Notes under the pieces: generated by a model
What the model was told of the DNA's origin: nothing
Database searches by the model: none
What the model saw: the letters and a program-made list of their open reading frames with translations, nothing else
In this document: positions 46,751 to 61,065 of the stretch, in pieces
Position numbering within the stretch: the first letter of the stretch is position 1
Layout of the letters: every line of letters begins with the position of its first letter
Translations under genes and position numbers: made by a program
DNA from: the human T2T-CHM13v2.0 reference genome, Homo sapiens
Assembly: GCF_009914755.1 (NCBI RefSeq)
Contig: NC_060930.1
Reading direction: 5' to 3' (one strand)
Length of the DNA stretch: 64,000 nt

Positions 46751-47217
46751 CCAAGGCTATAATATATTTAACAGGTGGAGGTAAAGTGGCATTGCCCATA
46801 GCTGGGGATTAGGGAAAGGATAAATAGCCATTATATTGTAGCTTTTGAGGGTTTAGCATGAAGAATCTTACACCAGGAGATAAATGAATATGGGAGAAGG
46901 TGGAGTGTGAAGCATGGGCACAAACAGCCACCTCTCAGCAGTTCCTTCTGGGTATCACCTTAAAGACACATCATCAGTGTATGAGTCAGCATTTTAGAAG
47001 GGCACTAAAACTTGCACTTCATACAGTCTGTAAAATTTATATCTATGCTATCATGATACTAGAGATAATTATAATGTTCAGTTATCTTCTCTGATACATC
47101 ACCTTATTAAGGTGATTATTTTACATTTTAATCTCTTTTTCTCTAATTTTTTCATCAGTTTTATAATTGAGGAGAAAACATTTTGAAAATTATTCTTTAT
47201 ACTCTATTTAAGATGTT

Positions 47218-47520
47218 GGCCAGGTGCAGTGGCTCATGCCTGTAATTCCAGCACTTTGGGAGGCCGAGGCAGGAGGATCACTTAAGGTCAGGAGTTTGAG
47301 ACCAGCCTGCCAACATGGAAACCCCGTCTCTACCAAAAATACAAAAATAAGCCGGGCGTAGTGGCCTGTGCATGTAGTCCCAGCTACTCAGGAGGCTGAG
47401 GTAGGAGAATCCATGAACCTGGGAGATGGAGGTTGCAGTGAGCCGAGATTGCACCATTGCACTCCAGGTTGGGTGACAGAGAAAGACTCCGTCTCAAAAA
47501 AAACAAAACAAAACAACAAA
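47218..47520 (+). mobile_element. Alu (AluS-like)
   Basis: TSD aagatgt. Confidence 0.9.
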
Positions 47521-48559
47521 GATGTAAGGAAAGTATATGGGGCATCTTAGATTTGCATTAAGCAGTTAAAAAAAAAGGCAAACATTAGTTTAAAGAGCCA
47601 ATCTTCAGAAGCCTGGAAAACTCTCCTACATAGATTTTTTGGTGGAAAATCTGTGGTATTTTTGGTATTCTTCTGCTTTTCGAATAGAGTTTGTAGTCCA
47701 CCACTAGGCTGTGTGCGTTCCTTTTCAGCATATAGACTTAACACTGTGGTGTGGGTTTGGATTTGGTAATACAAAGAGATCTGTAACTAAGAAGGATGTC
47801 TTTTGTTTCTGTGGCTTAGGTCAAAGTTCCTGTCTTATTAATTAAGCATTTTCTTGGAGGTAGAATGTTCTACAGCAAATAAATAGGCACAGGTTAGTCA
47901 ATTTAATATAATGGACTTTTGCTTTCTCTCAGAACTTGGGCAATTATATTTGCAGCATTTAAAAATGAAAAAATTCAACTCACAACTGTTGATTCTAATA
48001 TATTAACCAAAAATACAGAATCTCATTGTAATTATCAAACTTTGAGTTGGAACAGAGCTATTTCACCAACAAAGTATTATGGTTTTCTTAAGGATATCGT
48101 GAGCTGCAGTTAGGACCATTATTATAAAGCACTTCTTTTGGGGTATTGGTGCTTATTATAAAACATTGCTTTATTTTTACTTTCAGGAAATCAATGAGCT
48201 GATTTATGATACAGGAAATACAAGCCAGATTAGCCACGTCCTTCTGAAATAATAATAGCAAAAATAATAGTTAAGAGCATGCATAATCAATATGCAGTCA
48301 AACAGTAAACTTTATGTACATTAGAGATATAGTTTACTTTTGTTGGAGTTAGTAAATTATTCAGATCTGCTACAGAATTATACAGATATAAAGTATGAAA
48401 ATATTCTTACATAAGGATTTATTATCTACTATATTTCATAAGTACTAAATTCATTTATAAATAATACTGACCTGACTCTTCCTAACCCACTTAACGAACT
48501 ACCAAAGCCTTTTTATTTGCAATTAAATCTATTGTAATTTAAAAAAAACTTTAAAAATA

Positions 48560-48904
<345 letters not shown>

Positions 48905-49233
48905 TTAAAGTAGCAGGGGATGAATTTTTTTATAGGTAATATCAACAGTTTTCCTAATCTCATTATTCAATATACTCAGAATCTCTCAGAGCTTTGACTA
49001 GAGATAGTGGTAAATCTAGTTGTTGTCATATTTTCCCAAACAGAACTATAATTTTTTAAAGAGGATACATTATTGGTATGTTTCTTTTAATCTAAAACTA
49101 GTTAGAAATTATTAGTTTGCTAAATTACAGCAAGCATAGTATGCTTGTCCTGTGTTTGAAGAAGTCTTATTAAAATAATACTCTTTAATTTTCTTCCTTA
49201 CCACCCTCTCATCTCCCCCTTTTGTTTTCAAAG

Positions 49234-49393
49234 AGAAACTGGTAGTCTGGGTAGATTCAAAGCATCTTTAAGAGAAAATGTCTTGGGGAGCCCCAAGGAA
49301 CTGTTGAAGTTAAGTGTGCCATCGTTAGTGTATGCTGTTCAGAACAACATGGCTTTCCTAGCTCTTAGCAATCTGGATGCAGCAGTGTACCAG
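49234..49393 (+). CDS. SLC35A1: SLC35A1 exon 3 (160 nt)
   Basis: ttttcaaag|AGAAACT...TACCAG|gtaagt; ETGSLGRFKASLRENVLGSPKELLKLSVPSLVYAVQNNMAFLALSNLDAAVYQ. Confidence 0.97.
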
Positions 49394-49456
49394 GTAAGTG
49401 GAGTTAATGATAATGAAAAGCACAGAATCTTTTATGGTAAAAAGAGTTTTTATTAA

Positions 49457-49775
<319 letters not shown>

Positions 49776-49883
49776 ATTATCAAATATTTTTTATTGATAA
49801 TTTTATCAATGATACCAGAAATAATATATTTGTATCAGAGACTAACATTAACTGAATTTATTAATTCATTCTCTTTTTTTTAG

Positions 49884-50036
49884 GTGACCTACCAGTTGAA
49901 GATTCCGTGTACTGCTTTATGCACTGTTTTAATGTTAAACCGGACACTCAGCAAATTACAGTGGGTTTCAGTTTTTATGCTGTGTGCTGGAGTTACGCTT
50001 GTACAGTGGAAACCAGCCCAAGCTACAAAAGTGGTG
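49884..50036 (+). CDS. SLC35A1: SLC35A1 exon 4 (153 nt)
   Basis: tttttag|GTGACC...GTGGTG|gtaaga; [27 protein letters not shown]...ATKVV. Confidence 0.97.
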
Positions 50037-51081
50037 GTAAGAAACAAAATGCACACCATAACTTCCCATAAATAGAAAACTTCCTTAAGTCTTATACTGT
50101 TCAGTTACATTGATGCATGCAGCATGACTACATTTCTTTGATTTAAAATAACTTTTGCCTTATAGATAGGCCTTTTTTCTTTAGCATATTATTAGGGATA
50201 ATAATACTTATTGGTTGTTTCTCAGAGGAGAATATGCATAAAATATGTTACAGATGGAACATACCTTAGAAATAATGTGTTCCATCCCCTCCATTTTATG
50301 GATGACAGTCCCCAAAGAGGTGAAGGAACTTGTCCTAAATTAGTTAATAGCTAACTTGTGACCACAACTGTGCCAGTTTCCATACTGTATATGTTTAGAA
50401 CTTCTAGACCTCTTTCAAACATCTCAGAAACACTGGGCAAGGTTTTTCTGCATCTAGTTTTCATCTTCTCTCTCAACTGTCAGTCTCTGGCACATCTCCC
50501 TACTGTCAGTGATCAGGATGACAAGGGAAGGAGTGTTCTTACTGATAATTGATAATTATCTTTAGTTTTTAAGAGTTAATGTGAAGGTACATAACAGATT
50601 TTTAAAGAGTTAACGCTAAGATACATACATGATTTTTTTTCTTACATTGTATGCCTCAATCAGTTATTTCCCCAAAGAGAAACAGGAAATGGGATGCCAG
50701 TGAATAGTTTTGTGAAGGTCAGGAGTTTCCTACAGTTGAATATTTACTCTAACTTTTAGCAAACAGACTATGGTTCTCTTAGGAATGGAAGGCGGCTGGG
50801 ATGTACAGTGCTTGTGAACAGTATCATATCCCCACCCTCCAGGTCCCCTCCTTCCCCAATTAAAACCCTACTGTTTCTTTCTATAATATGGTTTCTAGAC
50901 AGACTTCCTGATCCCTGCCTTCTGCCCCTACACTTTTCCTTATATTTTTCTCCTAGATGCATTCATCTGTCATTATTTCTCAATATATCCTAAAACCCCA
51001 CTGTCTCCCAATGTTGTCTAAGTAATACGAGGCACAGTTTGGTAATTACCCCTTTGTTCTGAATACCGGAGACTTGTTATA

Positions 51082-51423
51082 CAGTCATGCATCGCTTAAC
51101 AAAGAATATAAGTTCAGGGTTCTGAGAGATGCATCATTAGGTGATTTCACTGTTGTGCAAACATCATGGAGTATACTTACACAAATCTAGATGGTATAGA
51201 CTACTTACTACACATCTAGGCTGTACAGTATATAGCCTATTGTTCCTAGGCTACAAACTTCTGCAGCATGTTACTGTGCTGAATACTGTAGCGAGTTGTA
51301 ACACAGTGGTAAGTTTAGCGTACCTAAACATAGAAAAGGCACAAATATAGTTTTATCTTACAGGACCGCTGTTTTATATGTGGTTCATCATGGACTGAAA
51401 TGTCATTATGTGGTACATGACTG
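51082..51423. mobile_element. Tigger3-derived MITE (MER7-like)
   Basis: TIRs CAGTCATG...CATGACTG, preceded by TA; 'cctaggctacaaac'. Confidence 0.8.
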
Positions 51424-52203
51424 TTAATTTCTGGGGGGCAGGCAAAGTATCTATTTTACAATTGATCATAAACCACTACATGTAACTGTGTCACCCAAAT
51501 AGTTTGTCTCAAATGTATCTTGTATCCCTCTCACCCCACTGTTCCCTCAATCTGTCTGCACTGCCATGCACTCCTCCACTACTGGTTAAGTGGGTTCCAA
51601 GTGTCAGGACTGGAATAGACTCTCATTGACACTAGAACTCAAACTCTGGCTTATTCTAAACCAGAATGCAGGTCGAGTTTGTATTTATTAAGCTCTTCTT
51701 GTTAGCTTTGGGTCATTGCTCAGCCCCTTGAGTTATTTCCAGTTCTTACCCATTATTAGCTTCTCCTTTGGGTATTACGCTTTCCAGAGTCAAAAAAAAT
51801 ATGCCTTCTGGGTCTTTAATGAAAATTTTAGGTAGAACAGGACCAGAGTTCTGTGGCTGTACCTTTAGAATTCTCTCTAGCTTGATCTTTTTCTTGCTTA
51901 CTGAACATATCATCTCTCATAGTTTTTATGGGTCAGGAATTTGAGGGTGCCTTAGCTAGCTGGTTCTGGCTTGAGGTTGCAGTCAAGATACTGGCTAGGG
52001 CTGCAGTCAACTGAAGACTTGACTACGGCTGGAGGATCTGTTTCTAACGTGGCTTATCTATATGCCTGGCAAGTTGGTATTGGTTGATGGCCTAGCTTGA
52101 TTTTGTTCAATTAACTACCATTTTTCTGTATGAGCATTCACACACTTACGGATTGTACCTTTATCCTCACTACAGTTCTGTGTTGTCTATAAAAATATTA
52201 TGT

Positions 52204-52461
52204 GGCTGGTCGCAGATCACCAGGTGAGGAGTTCGAGACCAGCCTGGCTAACATGGTGAAACCCCGTCTGTACTAAAAATACAAAAACTTAGCTGGGCGT
52301 GGTGGCAGGCGCCTGTAATCCTAGCTACTCAGGAGGCTGAGGCAGGAGAATCGCTTGAACCTGGGAGGCAGAGGTTGCAGTGAGCCGAGATCGCGCCACT
52401 GCACACCAGCTCGAGTGATAGTGCGAGACTCTGTTTCAATAATAATAATAATAACAATAAT
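52204..52461 (+). mobile_element. Alu with left-arm deletion and (AAT)n tail
   Basis: Alu body then aataataat repeat. Confidence 0.88.
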
Positions 52462-52781
52462 ATGCAAGTCTGTCACATTTTTTGCCAAACATTATCTCTA
52501 TGGAATTCCCCTCATCACTTAACATTAGGAGTCCTTTCAGTAAGGAAATCTGGTATGTTTCACACTTGGTGAAGTCACACTATTTTCCACTGATGACCAT
52601 TAAGCTTTTTAAGTACAAGTCATCTCTAAATCTGTTCTAACATTTTGCTGGTAATCAATGTAACAATAACAGCTGCAATCATTTATAATGCACTAAATAC
52701 TAGCATTATCTAAATGCTTTATATACACTAACTCACCTACTTTTCTTGATAGTCTTTTAAATTTATTTAGCTAGGTAGTCT

Positions 52782-53013
52782 AGGCGGGGAGAATTGCTTG
52801 AGCCCAGGAGTTCAAGACCAGCCTGGGTAATATAGTGAGACCATGTCTCTACAAAAAAACTTAAAACTTAGCTAGATGTGGTGATGCATGCCTGTAGTCC
52901 CAGCTACTTGGGAAGCTGAGGTGGGAGGATCACTTGAGCTGAGGAGGTTGAGGCTGCAGTGAACCATGATTATACCACAAGATCCTGTCTCAAAAAGAAA
53001 AAAAAAAAAAAAA
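52782..53013 (+). mobile_element. Partial Alu (AluJ-like)
   Basis: 'ttgagcccaggagttcaagacc'...poly(A). Confidence 0.85.
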
Positions 53014-53665
53014 GCTTTCTTTAATGCCTTACAGGATTTTTTGCAAGCCTCCACTTATTCTGAGTTTTCGATTTCTTGATACTATTCTTAAATTCCTGGT
53101 TAGATTCCTCTTGGTGATCTGTACTTCGGCTTTGTTCTTGTAAAATCAGAATTCAGTGAAGATGCCCTTATTTAGATATGTTGATTTCCTTATGTATTCT
53201 TTTTTTTACTTTTCACCAGAACCTCCTTCTTCAGTAACTCTTAATCTCTCTTGAATGTTCTTCTCACGAGCCATGGAATTCTAACTTGAAGTTTTACATT
53301 TTTGAGTTTTGATTTATTCAGGACTGGAGCACATGTCTCTTAACTGTGCTGTGTTTGGCTCATGCTCAGATCACATGGTTGCTTTCTGCCAAAGTTCCCA
53401 TCACATCTACTTCATCACCCAGCAGTTTCTTGTCAGAATCAAGTCCAGATAAGCTGTTTCCATCACTATTTTTCCTAACTGTAGAGACATTCAACTGGCA
53501 GGAAACTAAGTCAAGAATTTATCAGGCACTCTATTTTTAGCAGTTGGAGCTTCCCAGCAGATGTTGGGATAGGTGGTATCTCACACTATGATTTTATTCT
53601 ATCTATGCCAGTCTTGAAATTTGTATTATAGGAAAGTATACTTGTTAATAATGTATAGTCTATAG

Positions 53666-53850
53666 CAGTGGTTCTCAAACTTTAGCGTACATCAGAATCA
53701 ACTGGAAGGTTGGTTGAAACAGATTGCTAGGCCCATTCCCATAGTTTATGGTTCAGTAGGTCTGGGGTAGAGCCTGACAGTTTTTATTTCTAACAAACCC
53801 CCAGTGGTGCCACTGCTGCTGATCCAGGGTCCATACTTTGAGAACCACTG
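53666..53850. mobile_element. MER5A-like hAT MITE
   Basis: Perfect TIRs CAGTGGTTCTCAAA / TTTGAGAACCACTG; 8-bp TSD gtcta(t/c)ag. Confidence 0.9.
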
Positions 53851-54237
53851 GTCTACAGTGTCTTCTGTTTCTCCTTTTATCTTCATGCAAACAATTTAGA
53901 CCAAGCTTGCTCTCTCAGGTACCATAAAGTGGCACTTTTCTTATATCAGGCTTATTTATTTTGAACAAGGTATATACTTCCTTGTCATATTACAGTCATG
54001 AATCTCAACCCTCTAATTTCAGTGATACTATTGAGATAGTATTTATCTTTCAGGAAAGACTGATGAAAGCTCCTGACAGTTTAGAAAAGAAAGAGAAAAT
54101 AAAGTGAAACAGAGGGTTAGGACCCATATACTTGGATCTGTGAGCACTGGTCTCACACTATTTTGGTTATATATACTTGTCAATTTTGCCTATACATAAC
54201 AGAGCTGTGTATTATAATCTTCTTTATTCATTTAGTA

Positions 54238-54612
54238 TGTATCTTAGTCCATTTTCTGCTGCTATAACAGAATACGCAGAGTGGGTAACTCATAAAAAAC
54301 AGAAGTTTATTTGGCCCATGGTTCTGGAGGCTGGGAAGTCCAGAACACGGTGCTGGCATCTGGTGAGGCTCATTCTATGGCAGAAGGCAGAAGCGATCCC
54401 ATGTGACAGAGGGAAGTGGGCTGAACTCATCCTTTTTATCAGAAACCTGCTCCCTCAATAACTAACTCATTCCCTCAGTAATGGCATCAATCCCTTCTTG
54501 AGGACAGAGCCTTCATGACCTAATCATCTCTTAAATGCCCACCTCTTAATACTGTTAGAACGGCAATTAAATCTCAACATGTGTTTTGAAGTTGACATTC
54601 AAACCACAGCAG
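54238..54612 (-). mobile_element. MaLR LTR (MST/MLT1-like)
   Basis: 'tgtatcttagtccattttctgctgctataac...caaaccacagca'. Confidence 0.8.
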
Positions 54613-55107
54613 TGTGTATAGACAATGTATCTGGTACACAGAAGGTATACTAAAAATTCAATAAATTGGGGAGTCTTAAGAGGCAGCACTGTATCCTGTA
54701 GGTGATGAGGAATAAATAAGTTAAATTGTTATCATTTTCAGGATTGATGCTATAAGCTCTTAAATTAGAGTGATAATAGAAATTAAAATTAAGTAGTATG
54801 CTGACTTGGCCTGTTCAAAAGTTCATGCTAGAGTGCTTATTGGTATTAGGAAACAGTGGGCACATATTATATTAAGCATATACTATGGCTGTGATTTGAG
54901 GGACACATTTTTCACTTAAGCCAAGTGCCCTGGTTAATTTCTGGAATGGTCTTTTTGTTTAGTTGTCTTATTCTGTAGAATAGCTGTGTCTGATGTGGAA
55001 TATACTTTTAGTAAGACTGTAACAGGTTTTTGTATTTATTTGTTTGGACTCTTGGATGAACTCTGTTTATTAGTCACTAAAAATAACTTTAACAATTAAT
55101 ATTGCAG

Positions 55108-55174
55108 GTGGAACAAAATCCATTATTAGGGTTTGGCGCTATAGCTATTGCTGTATTGTGCTCAGGATTTGCAG
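55108..55174 (+). CDS. SLC35A1: SLC35A1 exon 5 (67 nt)
   Basis: ttgcag|GTGGAA...GCAG|gtaaat; VEQNPLLGFGAIAIAVLCSGFA. Confidence 0.96.
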
Positions 55175-57145
55175 GTAAATCATGAAAGCATTGTTTTATT
55201 CTTTTGTCATATTTTTCGAAAACATCAAACTTTAGACACCAGTCTAGTTTATCTTGCTTTCTCAGTTTTATTCCCATTAAACTTGATCTTCTTGCTTATA
55301 TTTAGTTTTATGTCAGCTGTTTTTCCAGTAAATGTATAGCATTGTTCAACTAAGTTCAGACTCAGTCCCTATTCATACTTGCAGTTAACTACTTCTGTTA
55401 TCCTTGACCATCTCAGTCCGGCCAAAAACCCAAAAGTAAATGAAAAAAGACTTCTGAAAATGGAGGAAATTAGTCTTCAGAAAGCCCTTTCCTTTTTTCT
55501 GGAACTGCCACTATCAAGTCAGATCCTGCTGCTTTAGGTTGTTAATGTTACCAGCTAAGTATCTTTTTTTCCCCTATAACCTCAAGTTCTTTCTCTGCTT
55601 TAACAGGTTAGGAGCTATGGAGTAGGATCATGAGGTGGGTCGAGAGTACCTTAGAAAACATAATACATAAAGCTAATAACCAAACAGGGAGGAAAGACAA
55701 CACAAAATCACTAACATCAACAATCCACGGAAGTCTGGCGTTGTATGTGTAGGGACAAGCACTCCTCCAATGCATCAAGATAAGAAAGTATGAATATTAA
55801 GTGTAACATAAAAAAAGTTTTAGAAATAGTTCCAGCAGAGATTTAGTTTTTAATATATTCTGCTTAAAGCTTTTAGTAGAATATATTAGTTATAGCTATA
55901 CATCTTTATTATTTATTTGTACCTATTTCAAGTCAGGACTATTTTTGACTAGGAAAGCAGGCTGAATACAGAAGTAAAATACTGCTTGTAAATAAGATGT
56001 TTTATACGAGGGGAAAATTTAAATTCAGGAATATACTTACTGATAGCATTGTGTTCTAGAAACCAACAAATTGGGAACAAAAATTGAGTTACCTAAAAAA
56101 TATGCTATTTGATTTTTTGCAATATTTTGAACAGTTAAATGATTATGTCCAACATTTTATTAGTTCACTCTCTTAATACACAATTGAGGAAATGGAGGGT
56201 GGTTTAATATCTCTCTGTGTTTACGGTAACTGAGCACTGGATAAATGCTTCTCCCAGAAGGTAAAATCAGAGGTGAAAATAAGAATAGCTATTTTATGTT
56301 CCCATTCCAACAGACTCATCAAAAATAATCTTGTTTTTCGTTAGACTTTTTAGTTGATAAGTACTTCATTGGCAGTTCCTAAGTCTCTAGCATGATATTT
56401 ATAACTAAAATCTTTAATGGCTTTGTAAAATATGCATTCATTTTAAGCATAAATCCAGAGATAGGGGACTTTTGTTGGGGAGGGGTATCATGTACTCCTT
56501 TGAAGTATCTGAAAAAATCTATGGACCTTCAACTCCAGAAAAATGCACATATACACAAAATTTATTATCCAGTTGGGGAGTTCATGATCCTTCTGACCTT
56601 GTGTATGAACTTGGCTTGTGGAACCCTGCTTTAAAGGAAAATGGCTTTACACAGCAAATTCTACTTCAGTTTTGGTTGTTACTCTGAAAAGATTCCTAGT
56701 GGTGATTATAGATTATATTGCAGAATTAGGAGTATTCATTAGTAGGCAGATATTACAGGGATGTGATTAAGATAATTCACTCTTAATGTAGTTTTTCAGC
56801 TGACCAAAGCAAATGACATACTGGCATTAAGTAGTACAGAGAGCTTTTGTGGTCTTACTGCTCTAATAAAGGCAGAAACTGTCTTAATTTAACAGCCTTC
56901 TGTTAAATGTAGCTTATAAACTTCCCAATTAGTTATTATTCTATATACTCTGTAAAAACATAAATTTATAATGTACAGTATGTCATGTGTCACACAACCT
57001 ACATAATAAATGCACATTTAAGTAAAGTATGTTTTGTTCCCCAAATCATATACTTTATATATCTCTAGGGTATTGTTCTAAATGAAAGACATTTTAAGTT
57101 AATTTATAGTAATCTTTAATATTTGCATGTCTAATTTTCTTTCAG

Positions 57146-57322
57146 GAGTATATTTTGAAAAAGTTTTAAAGAGTTCAGATACTTCTCTTTGGGTGAGAAA
57201 CATTCAAATGTATCTATCAGGGATTATTGTGACATTAGCTGGCGTCTACTTGTCAGATGGAGCTGAAATTAAAGAAAAAGGATTTTTCTATGGTTACACA
57301 TATTATGTCTGGTTTGTCATCT
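57146..57322 (+). CDS. SLC35A1: SLC35A1 exon 6 (177 nt)
   Basis: ctttcag|GAGTA...CATCT|gtaagt; GVYFEKVLKSSDTSLWVRNIQMY...YYVWFVI. Confidence 0.97.
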
Positions 57323-57766
57323 GTAAGTATCCAGGAATTAAAGGTTCTTAGTAGATCCTTTATTTTTTTTTTAAGTTAGATGTCCATTTTAAGCTGTTAT
57401 AACATTTTGAAATTAATCCTTTGATACTGTAAATACCAGTTTGAATATAATTTTCATTTTGTTGACTTAGTTTTGATTGTGAAGGCAAAATTGCTTTGGG
57501 ATAGCAATGCCCCAAAATATCTAACATTAGCAAAAAATGTGTAAAATTTAATAGACCACATAGCCCTCTGGGCATTGTTTTGGAAAAACAGTGTTATATA
57601 GGAACTACCAATTTTAGTACAAACTCTCAGATGGCTCCTTCTAAGGAAAACAGTATTTTCCTTTTCCTAGGTAAAGTATGGCATCTCTGGGGATGAAAAT
57701 TGCCTCACCATTATGTAATGTTTCATTTATTTGAGTGATAAGATTTTATTTCTCTCTGTATACAAG

Positions 57767-57901
57767 TTCTTGCAAGTGTTGGTGGCCTCTACACTTCTGT
57801 TGTGGTTAAGTACACAGACAACATCATGAAAGGCTTTTCTGCAGCAGCGGCCATTGTCCTTTCCACCATTGCTTCAGTAATGCTGTTTGGATTACAGATA
57901 A
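57767..57901 (+). CDS. SLC35A1: SLC35A1 exon 7 (135 nt)
   Basis: tacaag|TTCTTG...GATAA|gtatgt; [45 protein letters not shown]. Confidence 0.97.
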
Positions 57902-59326
57902 GTATGTCTTAGTTTGTGTTGAGTTTTTAACATGGAAGAGCCTCCCATTTCCTTGATTCATTTAATCCCTTATTTAAAAGTGGCAGTTGGTCATACTGTT
58001 TACAGAAATTCCTAGCTTTGTTACTACAGTTTATTCCACCAGTACAGCTGTTCATAGTTGTGTGGGATGTGGCTAAGCAGTACTTTGGTTGTTTAGGTGG
58101 TCTTAGAGGTTAAGACGAGGGGTGCTAGTTCTATGTGAAAGTGAGGGGACTTTTTTTGCAGTCAAGGCCTCCCTGTATTTTTAGGTATTGTATATAGGAC
58201 AACTTGAGTGTCTGAATGTGAGAAGGTACTCAAGGAAATACATATAAAGACTTTAGGAAATTATTTTCAGCAGTCAGTTTAAACTATATTGGCTCATTAT
58301 TTAGAAGAATGTAGAAAACATCTTTTAGTCCTCCCTCAGCTTGTACTTTCCAACTGCTTTGCATTTGGGTGTGAGACGGTTTTGAAAACAATCAAAATCT
58401 AGATTTTGTCTTTTGTATCTTTGTTTCATTCAATATGTAATTAATACAAAACTCATTAATATAGCTGGCATTCCAGTACCACTGCTTTGTTAGTCCTAAT
58501 ATAATTTTCCCAACTCTCACACCCAGCATTAATTTGGCTTCTAAATTATTTAAGCAATGATATTGACTTAACATTTCAGGGTGCTTTTATAGTGTAATAA
58601 TTTTCTTTACTGATCAATTATTATAATATAAACCAATGTATGAAGAATATCTGTTAAATATATTAAGTAAAAGAGACCTGGCTTATATTTACATTTCATT
58701 TTAAAATTGACTCCTGTATATAAATGGAAATAGTGTTGTAGAAATTTTAGAAAACCATGTATAGTCTGTGGCAAATCTTGCCTGTACCATTTCTTAACTG
58801 TGCAGCCTTGGGGAAGTTATATTCCCTGGGTGACACTTTCTTCATCTGTAAAATGGGAATAATATCACCTATTGCCTAGTGGTGTTTTCAGGTGAAGTGC
58901 TTAGAGTAGTGTTTGACACTACTTACCAACCACTTACCATTTCAGTATCAGGTACTTATAGGCTTTCCCTTAGATGTTTTTCTACCTGATTTGGGTGAAC
59001 TTTTAGCTGTAATTCTGATCTATCTTTATGTTCAACAAAATCCTTATACCATTGCTCATAAGAAATATATAGGAACAGTAGAAAATGCTTTTGTTTAATG
59101 TTCTTACTGATGGTCAACTAGCATGTCTTAGCAATCTTTCAGTTAACTGTTTAGATACAAGTTTTTATCCTACCTTCTCCTTTTTTGAAGGCAAAGCTGG
59201 TCTTTTTTAGTTAGGAGTGAACTAAAATAAAGCTTGATGTCATATAAATATATTTATTTGTCAAGTTAGGACAAGTTATGATTTGGTTTCTTGCATCCTG
59301 ATTTTTAAGATTAAAATGAAAAAAGG

Positions 59327-59610
<284 letters not shown>

Positions 59611-60125
59611 GATGAAAAAAGGGTTAAGACTAGTAGGAAATGTAGTTTTATTCAGTAAATTATCGCCTCATCTCCGATTAAGAAATTATCAATGGTTTGA
59701 ATGATTGGTCACCTGTCTTTTACTCTAAACTTTCACAGGTTCCTGGTTGTCACGGAAAAGCCAATCCTACCACATTTTCTTTTGTACTTATATATATTTA
59801 TACTTACATTTAAAAAAAATTATATATTTTATAGGGAAATTAGTTATGTTCTTTGTCAGAGTGGTCAGATAGTGTCAGTTAGGCATACTCATGTTCTAAA
59901 AAGTCTGTAATCAGTGATCAACAAAACACTGCCTTGATTTTACCCGCCCTGCCTCCCCCTCTCCTTTTTTTTGGCTGTAATGGAAGACCTTTCTAAACCT
60001 TGCCATCATAAAAATATGATCTGATAGTGTAAACCCACAATTAAGAGTTTTCAAAATTTTAAACTGATCATTAGGCATTTTAAAGACACACATACAGATA
60101 AAGCTATTTTTTTTTTTCTTTTCAG

Positions 60126-60253
60126 CACTCACCTTTGCCCTGGGTACTCTTCTTGTATGTGTTTCCATATATCTCTATGGATTACCCAGACAAGACACTA
60201 CATCCATCCAACAAGGAGAAACAGCTTCAAAGGAGAGAGTTATTGGTGTGTGA
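60126..60253 (+). CDS. SLC35A1: SLC35A1 exon 8 CDS (128 nt, stop TGA)
   Basis: ttttcag|CACTC...; TLTFALGTLLVCVSIYLYGLPRQDTTSIQQGETASKERVIGV*; exon lengths sum to 1014 nt (337 aa). Confidence 0.97.
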
Positions 60254-61065
60254 TTTTAGCCTCACGTGAGACTCCTTTTAAGACTAAACCATTTGCATTA
60301 AACTAGAGCCTTAAGTCAATCTCAGAAGGTAGCATAAACAAATAAAAATTAACTGTATGGCATGATCAGTGCGGTTATGTGGAAACAACAACAAACAAAC
60401 GAAGCTATCTGAGTGAACTGCTAATACAGAAACTTAATGTAGACCTGTTTGGGGTCTACTATTGTTTTAGAATGAAGGAATTGTATTATTGTGTGTATAT
60501 ATAATTTGTAAATAAAAAGTATGGAGATGATACGGTGTTAAAAAAAATCATGGTGAGGCTACAATACTCAAGTAACAAGGTTTGGGACAATGTCTAAGGG
60601 TTAAAGTGCCAAAGCCATTTCTGTACTAACTGTTCTCTTGTTCCGGTACCGGGGAGAAGGATGACCCCTCCTTATTCTCCAATTCATGTACAGTATTTTG
60701 TCCTAGCAGCATAAAGACCTAGCTCTTTTCTTACAAGAGGCAGAAACAAGACAGGCTAGTTCATAAACAAACTGAATGTGTAACTTCTCAAAATGAATCT
60801 ATTTCATAACTCGGACAATTTCTGGGTGGTGACTGAGTACCCCTTTAGTGAGTACCCCTTTAGTGCTATATTTGTGCCATTCATTATCTGGTTCATATTT
60901 CTTTGCTGTTAGATGATACACATTTCTTCAAAAAAATTTCTAATGTCACTTTTGTACTTTTTTAAATAAAGTATGTTTAACTGTTGGGCTCTCAATAATT
61001 TGTGAAATTTCAGTGTTTTCTATAATGTTAATGGGGAAATTCAGCAATAAACTTTATTTGTAAGA
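60254..61065 (+). other. SLC35A1: SLC35A1 3'UTR with AATAAA at 60341, 60511, 60965 and 61046
   Basis: Repeat-free AT-rich sequence after the stop; exact cleavage site inferred. Confidence 0.7.

Noticed and set aside
57590-57640. Reported intron 6 4-bp insertion polymorphism linked to exon 6 splicing
   Set aside because: I cannot place it or call the allele without the reference sequence.
60643-60652. 10-bp palindrome CCGGTACCGG in the 3'UTR
   Set aside because: Palindromes this short are expected by chance in 64 kb.
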